This document shows, piece after piece, positions 16,369 through 25,324 of a DNA stretch of 64,000 nucleotides. The notes below the pieces were generated by a model, which was not told where the DNA came from, did not search any database, and was given only the letters and a program-made list of their open reading frames with translations. Position numbers and translations under genes: made by a program. Numbering within the stretch: the first letter of the stretch is position 1; each line of letters opens with the position of its first letter. The stretch is from Thermoleophilaceae bacterium (lineage in GTDB: Bacteria; Actinomycetota; Thermoleophilia; Solirubrobacterales; Thermoleophilaceae), in contig DATHAQ010000047.1 in the NCBI GenBank assembly GCA_035296565.1, positions 1,027-65,026 of the forward strand. The letters are read 5' to 3'.

Positions 16369-17205
16369 GTGAGTATCGAGCCCGGAACCTACCCCGCTCC
16401 ACCGGGCGCGCTCCAGCCGGCGCCCGGGCCCGATCCCAAGGAACGCCGGCGCCGCTTCCTGGGCCCGGTCGGGGCGGCCCTGCTGTTCCTGGTCGCCAAG
16501 GGCAAGACGGTGCTCTTGCTGCTGCCCAAGCTCAAGCTGCTCACCACCTCGGCGTCGATGCTGGTGTCGATCGGGGCCTACGCGCTGATCTGGGGCTGGC
16601 GCTTTGCCGTCGGGTTCGTGCTGCTGCTGTTAGTGCACGAGCTCGGCCACGTCCTGCAGCTGCGCCGCGAGGGCATCAAGGCCAGCGCCCCCCTGTTCAT
16701 CCCCTTCCTCGGAGCCGTCGTGGGTATGAAGGCGCTGCCCAAGGACGCCGCGGCCGAGGCGCGCGTGGGCCTCGCGGGACCGGTGCTGGGCACCCTCGGC
16801 TGCCTGGTCCCGGTTGGCTTGTGGCTGGCCACGGGCAACGATCTCTTCCAGGCTCTGGCCTTCACCGGCTTCTTCCTCAACCTGTTCAACCTGCTGCCCG
16901 TCCCCCCGCTCGACGGGGGCCGCGCCGTGGCCGCGCTGTCCACCTGGATGTGGCTGGTCGGCTTCGCCGGGCTGGTGGCGCTGGCCTTCGTGTTCCCCAA
17001 CCCGATCCTGATCGTGATCCTGCTGATCGGGGGCTTCGAGACCTACCGGCGCTTCAAGCAGCGCAAGAGCCCGGAGGCCCGGGAGTACCACCGGGTCAAG
17101 CCGCGCACCCGCGCGGCCATCGCTGCGGTCTACTTGGGACTGGCCGTGCTGCTGGTGGCGGGCATGGACGCCACCTTCCTCGAGCGCAGCCTCTCCGAGG
17201 TCTGA
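16369..17205 (+). CDS. Site-2 protease family (M50) membrane metalloprotease
   Basis: HELGH zinc motif and NLLPVPPLDGG motif; polytopic. GTG 16369 was chosen because the ORF-track start (16240) lies inside ssrA. Confidence 0.75.
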   Translation: MSIEPGTYPAPPGALQPAPGPDPKERRRRFLGPVGAALLFLVAKGKTVLLLLPKLKLLTTSASMLVSIGAYALIWGWRFAVGFVLLLLVHELGHVLQLRREGIKASAPLFIPFLGAVVGMKALPKDAAAEARVGLAGPVLGTLGCLVPVGLWLATGNDLFQALAFTGFFLNLFNLLPVPPLDGGRAVAALSTWMWLVGFAGLVALAFVFPNPILIVILLIGGFETYRRFKQRKSPEAREYHRVKPRTRAAIAAVYLGLAVLLVAGMDATFLERSLSEV

Positions 17206-18554
17206 CGCACCCTCACACCGTTGCGCGGCACGAACGTGATGCCGCGCCGGACCCCCGTGTCGGGCCGCCCGACGGGCTCTAGCGAGGTCCGCTCCAGCAC
17301 CCGGCTCACCACGGTCTTCATCTCGAACAGGGCGAAGCTGGCGCCCAGGCAGCGGCGGGTGCCGCCGCCGAAGGGGATCCAGCTGAAGCCGTCGGGGCTC
17401 TCGTCGCCCAGGAAGCGCTCGGGGCGAAAGCTCTCCGGGCTCGGATAGCGGTCCGCGCGCCGGTGCACCCCGGCGATCGAGGGGTTGATCTCAATGCCCG
17501 GCGGGACGGTCCAGCGGCCGAGCTCGAACGGCCGGCCGCGCACCTTGCGGCCGATGCCGGAGATCACCGGCCGGGCGCGCAACGCCTCCTTGACCACCGC
17601 GTCCAGGTACTCGCCTTCCCCGTCCTCCTCCAGCCGTCTGCGCACCTCGGGGTGGCGCAGCACAAGCTCGAAGGTCCACGCCAGGCCGGTGGCCGTGGTC
17701 TCGTGGCCGGCGACGAGCAGGGTGACGAGCTCGTCGCGCAGCTCGGCGTCGCTCATCGGCCGCCCCTCCTCGTCGCGGGCACCGAGGAGCATGGAGAGGA
17801 TGTCCTCGCGCTCGTCGAGGTCGGGGGCCTCACGCCGGCGCGCGATCTCGGCGTAGATCGCCTCGTCCACCAGCGCACGCCGCTCGGCCAGTCGGCGCTG
17901 TGCCCGGCTCATTCCGCGCCGCCCGCCGGACAGCGCCATGACCAGGATCCCGAGGCGGTGGGCAACCGGCTGGAGCATGTCGCGCAGCAGACCGGCCAGG
18001 TCCTCGCGGCGATCCGCCTCCTCGACCCCGAAGACCGCCCGCATGATCACCTCGAGCGTCAGCGCCTGCATCGAGGGCAGCAGCTCGAACGGCTCGCCGG
18101 CAGGCCAGCGGTCGATCACACGATCGGTGGCCTCCTCGATGACTCCCTCGTAGGCACGCATCCGCTGCCCGTGGAAGGGCGGGAGCATCAGCTTGCGCTG
18201 GCGCAGGTGTTCGTCACCGTCGGCCAGCAGCACCGAGTTCTCGCCCAGGATCGGCCCCAGGACCGCGTTCGCCTCGCCGGCCCGCAGCTGGTCGGGCGGG
18301 CCGCGGAACAGCAGCTTGATGAGCTCCGGCTCGAAGACGATCACGAACCGGGGGTCGAACAGCGTGGAGAAGGTGACGGCGTCGTCGCCGTAGCGGCGCC
18401 TGCAGGCCGAGACCCAGCGCACGGGGTCGATCAGGAAGGCGGCGGTCTGCACCACGCGCGGCAGCTTCGGGCCGGGCGGGAGCAGGGTCTCCTCGCGCCG
18501 GAGCTCAGGCCGGGCGTTGGCCGGCCGATCTCCGCCGCGCGGTCCCTTGCTCAA
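17130..18554 (-). CDS. Cytochrome P450
   Basis: PPGP near the N-terminus, AGHETT I-helix, ExxR (EALR), heme loop FGGGTRRCLGASFA. The TTG start overlaps the smpB stop (TTGA). The 3' end overlaps the M50 gene by 76 nt. Confidence 0.9.
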   Translation of the reverse strand: MSKGPRGGDRPANARPELRREETLLPPGPKLPRVVQTAAFLIDPVRWVSACRRRYGDDAVTFSTLFDPRFVIVFEPELIKLLFRGPPDQLRAGEANAVLGPILGENSVLLADGDEHLRQRKLMLPPFHGQRMRAYEGVIEEATDRVIDRWPAGEPFELLPSMQALTLEVIMRAVFGVEEADRREDLAGLLRDMLQPVAHRLGILVMALSGGRRGMSRAQRRLAERRALVDEAIYAEIARRREAPDLDEREDILSMLLGARDEEGRPMSDAELRDELVTLLVAGHETTATGLAWTFELVLRHPEVRRRLEEDGEGEYLDAVVKEALRARPVISGIGRKVRGRPFELGRWTVPPGIEINPSIAGVHRRADRYPSPESFRPERFLGDESPDGFSWIPFGGGTRRCLGASFALFEMKTVVSRVLERTSLEPVGRPDTGVRRGITFVPRNGVRVRQTSERLRSRKVASMPATSSTASPK

Positions 18555-19033
18555 CGGCCGCGCTCCGCCAGGGCCCGGTCGATCTCGCGGCGCTGGTCGC
18601 GCGCCTTGAGGTCGCGCCGCTTGTCGCGCATGTCCTTGCCCTGCGCGAGCGCGATCTCCACCTTGGCCCTCGGGCCCTTGAAGTAGAGCCGCGTGGGCAC
18701 GAGGGTCAGGCCGCGCTCCGCGGTCTTGCCGATCAACCGCTCGATCTCCCGGCGGTGCAGGAGCAGCTTGCGCGGGCGCTCGGGGTCGTGGTTGTTGCGC
18801 GAGGCCGGCTTGTAGGGAGCGATGTACATCCGCTGCAGCCAGACCTCTCCGTCGCGCACCTCGGCGTAGGAGTCCTTCAGCTGCACGCCGCCGTCGCGCA
18901 ACGACTTCACCTCCGAGCCCTGCAGCTCGATGCCCGCCTCCGTGCGCTCGAGCAGGTTGTAGCGGTAGCCCGCCTGGCGGTTGGTTGCGACGTCCCCCGG
19001 AGCGGCCTTGCGCTTTCCGCCCTTCTTGGCCAA
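18551..19033 (-). CDS. smpB: SsrA-binding protein SmpB
   Basis: NRQAGYRYNLLERTEAGIELQGSEVKSLR ... LLLHRREIERL ... GLTLVPTRLYF, full-length 160 aa. Confidence 0.95.
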   Translation of the reverse strand: MAKKGGKRKAAPGDVATNRQAGYRYNLLERTEAGIELQGSEVKSLRDGGVQLKDSYAEVRDGEVWLQRMYIAPYKPASRNNHDPERPRKLLLHRREIERLIGKTAERGLTLVPTRLYFKGPRAKVEIALAQGKDMRDKRRDLKARDQRREIDRALAERGR

Positions 19034-19036
19034 GGC

Positions 19037-19873
19037 CTACCGCGCGTAGTGGAATTGCCGCAGCTTGCGCTGCAGCGAGCGCAGGTAGGCGCGGCCGTAG
19101 GGGCCGCTCGCGCCCTCGCGGGGGCGGTTGACCTTGCCCTGGCGCACCACCCGGCGCAGGATCCGCCAGCCGCGCGCGGCGGTGCGGCGGCTCAGCAGAT
19201 AGTTGTCGGCCTGGTAGGCGGCGAGTGCTCCGCGCACGTCGCCCTTTGCGCTGCGGATGGCCCGGTAGGCGCGCAGGTGCGAGTCGCGGTCGCGCCGGAC
19301 GGTGTTGCGGAACTTACGGGTGACCGTCTTGAGCCGGCCGCCGCGGTAGTTCCAGATCTGAATCGGGAAGCGGGTCTCGGCGAACGACGTGTAGAGGAAG
19401 GCGAAGCGCTTGTCGCCCGAGCGGAACTCGGGGCGGTCGCGGCGGTCGATGTTGGTGAGCACGTAGCCGGGGTCGCCCCAGTTGCGGCCGATGCGGTTAT
19501 AGCTCGTGCCGTTGAAGTCGTAGATGAAGGTGACCAGGCAGCAGTGCGCGCCGCCCGTGAAGAGGTCGACCAGGATCTCCGGCTCGGCGTCGGAGTCGAG
19601 GTTCGCGAAGTACACCGAGTTTGCGCCGGGTCGGCCCGGGCCGAAGGGCCGGTTGCCCGCCAGCGTGATGCGCTGGTCGAGCACGACGTTGCTCTTGCCG
19701 CTGCCGCGCGCGATTCGGAAGCGCATCTCCCGGCAGCTGTAGGTGCCATCGGGGCAGTGGTAGCTGAGCGTGGCCTTGACGTCGCCGGAGCGGACCACCT
19801 CGTTGGCGGCGGAGGCCGAGGCGGGCACGGCGAGCAGGGTCAGCAGGGCCAGGAGTGGGATGAGCTTCCTCAT
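19037..19873 (-). CDS. Exported hypothetical protein embedded in the rnr-smpB operon
   Basis: ATG 19873 (MRKLIPLLALLTLLAVPASASA signal peptide) overlaps the rnr stop (ATGA). The gene ends 3 nt before smpB. Composition is real, not shadow. No family recognised. Confidence 0.65.
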   Translation of the reverse strand: MRKLIPLLALLTLLAVPASASAANEVVRSGDVKATLSYHCPDGTYSCREMRFRIARGSGKSNVVLDQRITLAGNRPFGPGRPGANSVYFANLDSDAEPEILVDLFTGGAHCCLVTFIYDFNGTSYNRIGRNWGDPGYVLTNIDRRDRPEFRSGDKRFAFLYTSFAETRFPIQIWNYRGGRLKTVTRKFRNTVRRDRDSHLRAYRAIRSAKGDVRGALAAYQADNYLLSRRTAARGWRILRRVVRQGKVNRPREGASGPYGRAYLRSLQRKLRQFHYAR

Positions 19874-21555
19874 GAGGACGTCAAATCTACGCGCCCGCGC
19901 GGCGGTTCGACGCGGTCGACCTCGACAGCGACCGAATCGCCCAGGCGTAACCGCCCTCCGCCCTCGGCCTCCAGCCCCGTTCCCAGCTCGTTGAGCTCCC
20001 ACCAGCCGCGCAGCCGGCGAACCGGCAGAAAGCCCTCAAAGCCCTCCTCGCCGAAGCGCACGAAGGCGCCCCTGGCGATCAGGCCGACCACCTCGCCCTC
20101 GAACCGCGCCCCCGGCTCCTGCTCCGACAGGACGCGCTCCAACAGGAAGGCGCGGCACACGTCGTCGGCGTCGCGCTCGATGATCATCGCCTCGCGCTCG
20201 CGGGCCGAGCTCTCGATCCCCTCCTCCTCCAGCTCGTGGGCGCGCGGGCCCGCGTCGTCGAGCCCGAGCTCGGCGAGCAGGGCGCGGTGCACCGCGACGT
20301 CGGGAAAGCGCCGGATCGGGGAGGTGAAGTGGCAGTAGCGCGGGCTGGCCAGCCCGGCGTGGCCGAGGTTGCGCGGCGTGTAGTAGGCCTGCTTGAGCGA
20401 GCGCAGCACCAGCGAGCCGAAGGCAGCGCGGCCGCGGCCTGTGCGTTTCACCTGGTCGGCGACCAGGTGCGAGGCCTCGGCCGCCAGGTCCGCGGCCTGC
20501 TGGGGACTCATGCGCTCGGGCACCGGCGGCGTCGGCACGTCCAGCGAGGCCAGCTGCTCGACCATGGACTCCACCGACTGCGGGTCGGGGCGCTCGTGCA
20601 CCCGGTACAGGGTGGGCGTGCGGGAGTCGGCCAGGTGGCCGGCCACGCGCTCGTTGGCCAGCACCATCAGCTCCTCGATCAGGCGGTGGGACTCGGTCTG
20701 CGGCTCGTGGCGCACGCCGGTCACGTGACCCTGTCCGTCGAAGTCGAACACCGGCTCGGAGGAGTTCACGGCCAGCGAGCAGCGCGCGTTCCTCCTGGCC
20801 CGCAACGCGGCCGAGACCTCGCGCGCAGCCGCCAGCGGCTCGCCCCAGGGCTCCTCCGCGCGCTCGCTGCCGGCGAAGATCGCGTCGACCTGCGGGTAGG
20901 TGAGCCGCGCGTCACTGCGGATGAGCGTGCGGAGGAAGCGCTGGGACAGCACGTCGGTGCCCCGCATCTCGAGCTCGACGGTGAACGCGAGGCGGTCCTC
21001 GCCGGCACGCAGCGAGCAGGAGCGGTTGGAGAGCGCTTCGGGCAGCATCGGCTCGACCGCGCCGGGGACGTAGACGCTGGTGCCCCGGCGCATGGCCTCG
21101 GTGTCGACGGCCGTGCCCGGACGCACGTAGGCGGTGACATCGGCGATGTGCACCCAGAGGCGGACCCGGTCGTCCTCGCGCCGCGCCGAGATCGCGTCGT
21201 CGAAGTCGCGCGCGTCCGGGGGGTCGATCGTGAAGGTGGGCAGATCGCGGAGGTCCACCCGCCCCTCGCCCTCCTGCGGCGGGTCGCCGGCCTCCGCGTC
21301 GGCCCGGCGCGGGAAGGCGCGCCGCAGGCCGCGGTCGAGCATCAGCCCCTCGAGGACGTCGCGGGCTACGTCCGGGCGGCCGAGCGTGCGGGTCACGCGC
21401 GCCCCGCGCTTGCCGGAGCCCACGAGCACCAGGTCGCCCTCGCCGGCGCGGTGGCCGTCCAGGCGCACAGGCGTGCCACGCTCGAACACGGGCTCCGCCA
21501 CCTGAAAGCGCCCCCGGCGGCCGACGGTGGCCACCAGCGGCTGAAACGGCTTCAC
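19870..21555 (-). CDS. rnr: Ribonuclease R / RNase II family exoribonuclease (short form)
   Basis: RNB domain motifs (FTIDPPDARDFDDAIS, YVPGAVEPMLPE, HAGLASPRYCHFTSPIRRFPD) and a C-terminal S1 domain (FEGEVVGLIARGAFVRF). GTG start. Confidence 0.85.
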   Translation of the reverse strand: MKPFQPLVATVGRRGRFQVAEPVFERGTPVRLDGHRAGEGDLVLVGSGKRGARVTRTLGRPDVARDVLEGLMLDRGLRRAFPRRADAEAGDPPQEGEGRVDLRDLPTFTIDPPDARDFDDAISARREDDRVRLWVHIADVTAYVRPGTAVDTEAMRRGTSVYVPGAVEPMLPEALSNRSCSLRAGEDRLAFTVELEMRGTDVLSQRFLRTLIRSDARLTYPQVDAIFAGSERAEEPWGEPLAAAREVSAALRARRNARCSLAVNSSEPVFDFDGQGHVTGVRHEPQTESHRLIEELMVLANERVAGHLADSRTPTLYRVHERPDPQSVESMVEQLASLDVPTPPVPERMSPQQAADLAAEASHLVADQVKRTGRGRAAFGSLVLRSLKQAYYTPRNLGHAGLASPRYCHFTSPIRRFPDVAVHRALLAELGLDDAGPRAHELEEEGIESSAREREAMIIERDADDVCRAFLLERVLSEQEPGARFEGEVVGLIARGAFVRFGEEGFEGFLPVRRLRGWWELNELGTGLEAEGGGRLRLGDSVAVEVDRVEPPRGRVDLTSS

Positions 21556-21607
21556 CTATCCAGCGGGGGAGCGCAGGCCGGGCGCTCGCCGGCCGAGCAC
21601 CGCTCGC

Positions 21608-22786
21608 TCATTTGCCTAACCGGTTCAGCAGCTCGTCGAGCGCGGTGGGCAGCGCCTCGTCACGGCGGGTACGCGGGTTGTCGCGCGCCTCGACCTGCGG
21701 GCGAAGGCCCTTGCGCAGCGGGATGGTCTTGCCGCTGGGCAGGTAGTAGTTGGCCACGGTCAGGTCCAGCACGCCGCCGTTGGACAGCGGCTCGACCTCC
21801 TGCACGAGGCCCTTGCCGAAGGTGCGCTGGCCGACCAGCGAGGCCCGGCCGCGGTCGCGCAGCGCGCCGGCGGTGATCTCCGAGGCGCTGGCGCTGCCAC
21901 CGTCGACGAGCACCACCACGGCGTCGTCGGGCGCGGCGGCGTCGCCCTCGGCGTTCTCGGTCCGGTTCGCCCGGCTGCGCCCGCGCACCGAGACGATCTT
22001 GCCGCTCTCGATGAACTGGCTCGAGACCAGCACGGCCTCGCGGAGCAGCCCGCCGCCGTTGCCGCGCAGGTCGAGCATGAAGCCCTGGGCGCCGCGTTTG
22101 CGCAACCGCTCCAGCGCCGCCCGCAGCTCTCCGTGGGCACCGGTGGAGAAGCTCGCGAGCTTTACCACGCCGACCTTCTTGCCCTTGCGCTCGACCAGCC
22201 GGGTCTCGACCAGCGGCACGTCGATCTTGGCGCGCTTGACCTTCACGGTGCGAGGCTCGCCGCGGCCGGCGCTGACCTCGAGCCTGACGCTCGTACCCGC
22301 CGGTCCCTTGATGCGGCCAGTCGCGACGCGGCTGTCGACTCCGGCCAGGGAGCGGCCGTTCACGGCCGTGATCAGGTCGCCCTTGGCGATGCCCGCCCGG
22401 CGTGCGGGGGAATTGGGAAAGCTGTTGAGCACGCGCAGGCCGCGGCGGTCTTCGTCCACGGTCATCCCCACCCCCTCGAACTCGCCGTCGACGGCCTGGG
22501 CGAACTGCTGGGCCTCGTTGGGCGGGAGGTACTGCGAGAACGGGTCGTCGAGCGCCTCGACTGTGCCCTTCAGCGTCCGCTCGCGCAGCTTCTCCGCGTC
22601 GACCGGCTTGTAAAAGTCCTCCTGGATGCGGTCGGTGATCTCGGCCTGCAGCGCGCGATCGTCCTCGACGAAGAGGTCCTGCGCGAAGGTGGGCAGTTTG
22701 TCCGGGTGCCCACCGAGATAGAGCCCACCGGCCAGAGCCGCGAGCCCGCAGGCCAGGGCGATCGTGACCGTGCGCAGGTAATGCAC
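21608..22786 (-). CDS. S41 family C-terminal processing peptidase (PDZ-containing)
   Basis: N-terminal membrane anchor, PDZ (GIAKGDLITAVNG), LDLRGNGGG, catalytic GSASASEI and FGKG motifs. Confidence 0.9.
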   Translation of the reverse strand: MHYLRTVTIALACGLAALAGGLYLGGHPDKLPTFAQDLFVEDDRALQAEITDRIQEDFYKPVDAEKLRERTLKGTVEALDDPFSQYLPPNEAQQFAQAVDGEFEGVGMTVDEDRRGLRVLNSFPNSPARRAGIAKGDLITAVNGRSLAGVDSRVATGRIKGPAGTSVRLEVSAGRGEPRTVKVKRAKIDVPLVETRLVERKGKKVGVVKLASFSTGAHGELRAALERLRKRGAQGFMLDLRGNGGGLLREAVLVSSQFIESGKIVSVRGRSRANRTENAEGDAAAPDDAVVVLVDGGSASASEITAGALRDRGRASLVGQRTFGKGLVQEVEPLSNGGVLDLTVANYYLPSGKTIPLRKGLRPQVEARDNPRTRRDEALPTALDELLNRLGK

Positions 22787-22809
22787 GCGTCCGAGGCTAG
22801 AAGCGCGAG

Positions 22810-23709
22810 CTAAACGCGGAGGAAACGGCGCAGCGTGAGGCCGCTGCCGGCGGCGGACACCGCGACGCCGGCGACGACGAGCAGCGCGACCAGCAGGGGA
22901 TAGGCGATCGTGTCCGGCGTGGCGAAGAACTCCCAGCGGTGCGACATGGGCTCGAGGACCGACTCCTTGGCGATGGTCAGGAGGAGCACGGCCAGGGCCA
23001 CGCCGGCGAAGCCGACGATCACGCCTTCGATCATGAACGGCCAGCGGATGAACCAGTTGGTGGCGCCCACCAGGCGCATGACCTCCACCTCGCGGCGACG
23101 GGCGAAGATCGACAGGCGGATGGTGTTGGCGATCAGCGCGACCGAGGCGATCACCAGCAGCAGGGCGAGCCCACCGGTCACAACCGTGACCAGGCCGGTC
23201 ACCGACAGGATCTGCTCCGTGTCCTCCTCGCGGTAGCGCACCTCGTCGATCGCGGTCAGCTGCGGCTCGCGCGCGCCGTCGGGACCCTTGGGGGCCAGGC
23301 GGTCGACGATGCGGCCCACGTCGTCGGCCTTCTCGGGCACGATCCGGAACGAGGCGGGCAGCGGGTTGGTTCCCAGCAGCTCGGAGCCCTCCCGGAAGGC
23401 CCGCGGATTCTTCTCGCGGGCGCGGGCCAGGGCCTCGTCCTTGGAGACGAAGTCGACGGAGCGCACGTTGGCCGTCCGCTCGATCGCGCGCTGCGCCGAC
23501 TGGCGCTCGGCGTCCGAGGCGCCATCGGCCACGTAGACGTCGACCACCACGCGCTCGCGGACGTCGCTCGCGGCGCCCATGGTGGCCTGCACGACCGGGA
23601 TGAAGACCCCGAGCACCAACGCGGTGATCAGCACGGTGAGCATCGCCGCGAGCGCGGGCGCCGAGCTGCGCCGCAGGCCGCGTAGGGCCTCCTTGAAGAA
23701 GAACATCAC
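22810..23709 (-). CDS. ftsX: Cell-division ABC transporter permease FtsX
   Basis: Four TM segments with a large extracytoplasmic loop. Sits directly 3' of ftsE. Confidence 0.9.
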   Translation of the reverse strand: MMFFFKEALRGLRRSSAPALAAMLTVLITALVLGVFIPVVQATMGAASDVRERVVVDVYVADGASDAERQSAQRAIERTANVRSVDFVSKDEALARAREKNPRAFREGSELLGTNPLPASFRIVPEKADDVGRIVDRLAPKGPDGAREPQLTAIDEVRYREEDTEQILSVTGLVTVVTGGLALLLVIASVALIANTIRLSIFARRREVEVMRLVGATNWFIRWPFMIEGVIVGFAGVALAVLLLTIAKESVLEPMSHRWEFFATPDTIAYPLLVALLVVAGVAVSAAGSGLTLRRFLRV

Positions 23710-24534
23710 CTAGCTCGAGATGCCCTGGGCGCCGATGCCAAGCTCGCCGCGCAGTCGAATGGCGAACTCGGTGGTGGACTCGTCGGGCCGGTAGAGACCC
23801 ATCTGCTGGTCGCGGACCACGCGGCCCTCGCGCAGCTCCACCACGCGCCGGCGCATCTTGTCCACCATCTCCTTGTCGTGGGTGGCCACCACGACCGTGG
23901 TGCCGGTGCGGTTGATCCGGTAGATCAGCTGCATGATCCCGATGGAGGTCTCGGGATCGAGGTTGCCGGTGGGCTCGTCGGCCAGCAGCAGCGGCGGGTG
24001 GTTGACGAACGCGCGGGCGATGGACACGCGCTGCTGCTCGCCGCCCGACAGCTCGTCGGGGTAGGCGTGGAGCTTGGTCGAGAGGCCAACGAGGCGCAGG
24101 ATGTCGGGCACCTTGCGGCGGATCTCGTCACGGCTCTCGCCGATCACCGCCAGCGAGTAGGCGACGTTGTCGTAGATCGTGCGGTTGGGCAGCAGCTTGT
24201 AGTCCTGGAACACCGTCCCGACGTTGCGCCGGAGCATCGGCACGCGCTTGCTCGTCACCTTGGACAGCGCCTTGCCGGCGATCAGCACCTCGCCCTCGTT
24301 GGGCTCGAGCTCCTTGAGGAGGAGGCGGATGCAGGTCGACTTGCCGCAGCCCGTGGGCCCCACCAGGAAGACGAACTCTCCGCGGCCGATGCTCATCGAG
24401 GCGCGCTGGAGCCCCACGACGCCCCCGTCGTAGGCCTTCGTCACGCCCTTGAACTCGACGACCGGGACGGTCTTGATGACCGACGGAGCGGCTTCGGGCG
24501 CGCGTACGCGCATGCGTGTCGGGGCGGCGGCCAC
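23710..24534 (-). CDS. ftsE: Cell-division ATP-binding protein FtsE (start uncertain: ATG 24534 or 24513)
   Basis: [10 protein letters not shown], Walker [36 protein letters not shown]. Carries a 20-27-aa N-terminal extension relative to typical FtsE. Confidence 0.9.
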   Translation of the reverse strand: MAAAPTRMRVRAPEAAPSVIKTVPVVEFKGVTKAYDGGVVGLQRASMSIGRGEFVFLVGPTGCGKSTCIRLLLKELEPNEGEVLIAGKALSKVTSKRVPMLRRNVGTVFQDYKLLPNRTIYDNVAYSLAVIGESRDEIRRKVPDILRLVGLSTKLHAYPDELSGGEQQRVSIARAFVNHPPLLLADEPTGNLDPETSIGIMQLIYRINRTGTTVVVATHDKEMVDKMRRRVVELREGRVVRDQQMGLYRPDESTTEFAIRLRGELGIGAQGISS

Positions 24535-24591
24535 GGCGAGCGCCCATGTAAGCGGACAGGCCGCGCTTTTGGGAGGTTTGCAGCGTTTCTT

Positions 24592-25221
24592 TCAGGGGCG
24601 GAACCGCCACCGCGTGAGCAGGTCGCCCCCGCCCTCTACCAGTGAGAGCAGCTCCAGCTGAGGCGGCGGGTCCAGCTCCGGGCCCGCGACGATGGTGAGC
24701 GGATCCCGGCCCCCGACGAGTTGAGGGCTCAGTGTGAGGAACAGCTCGTCCACCAGCCCGAGATCCATCAGCGAGGAGTTCAGCGTCGGACCGCCCTCGC
24801 ACAGGATCGACCGCACGCCGTGCTCGGCGCGCAGGAGCTCGACCAGAGCGACGGGGTCGTCGCCGACGATCGCGCCGGCCAAAGGGACGGCACCACTGCG
24901 GCTCACCACCGCCATGACCGGCTCGGCATCGAGGCCGCGGACCTGGCGGCGCGCGCGAGCCTCCTCGGTCTTGATCACCCGGCCATAGCCTTCGGCTCTC
25001 ACCGTGCCGGCACCGGCCATCACGCAGTCGACGCGCTCGCGGAGCCCGTGGAACAAAGCGTGGTCGGCCTCGCCGCCCAGGCCCGTCGTGCGTCCCTCCA
25101 ACGTGGCGCGGCCGTCCACGCTGGCCACCATGTTCAGCGCGAGGTACGGCCCCTCGGGCGGAAAGCCCTCCAGAAGCTCTCCCACCTCCAGCTCTGCGGG
25201 ATCGGGGAACAGCCGGCGCAC
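24592..25221 (-). CDS. RibD C-terminal domain / dihydrofolate-reductase-like pyrimidine reductase family protein
   Basis: NMVASVDGRATLEG ... FHGLRERVDCVMAGAGT ... ILCEGGPTLNSSL. GTG 25221 (VRRLFPDP) is preferred; the ORF-track start is 25281. Confidence 0.7.
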   Translation of the reverse strand: MRRLFPDPAELEVGELLEGFPPEGPYLALNMVASVDGRATLEGRTTGLGGEADHALFHGLRERVDCVMAGAGTVRAEGYGRVIKTEEARARRQVRGLDAEPVMAVVSRSGAVPLAGAIVGDDPVALVELLRAEHGVRSILCEGGPTLNSSLMDLGLVDELFLTLSPQLVGGRDPLTIVAGPELDPPPQLELLSLVEGGGDLLTRWRFRP

Positions 25222-25324
25222 GCCCGCGAGACTAGGGCGTGAGCTTTTGCGCCCTGGTGTGTTCCAGGGTCGAGCGCCCACTGTGGACGCTCGCCGCCGC
25301 TATCCCGATACTGAGACCTCAAGG

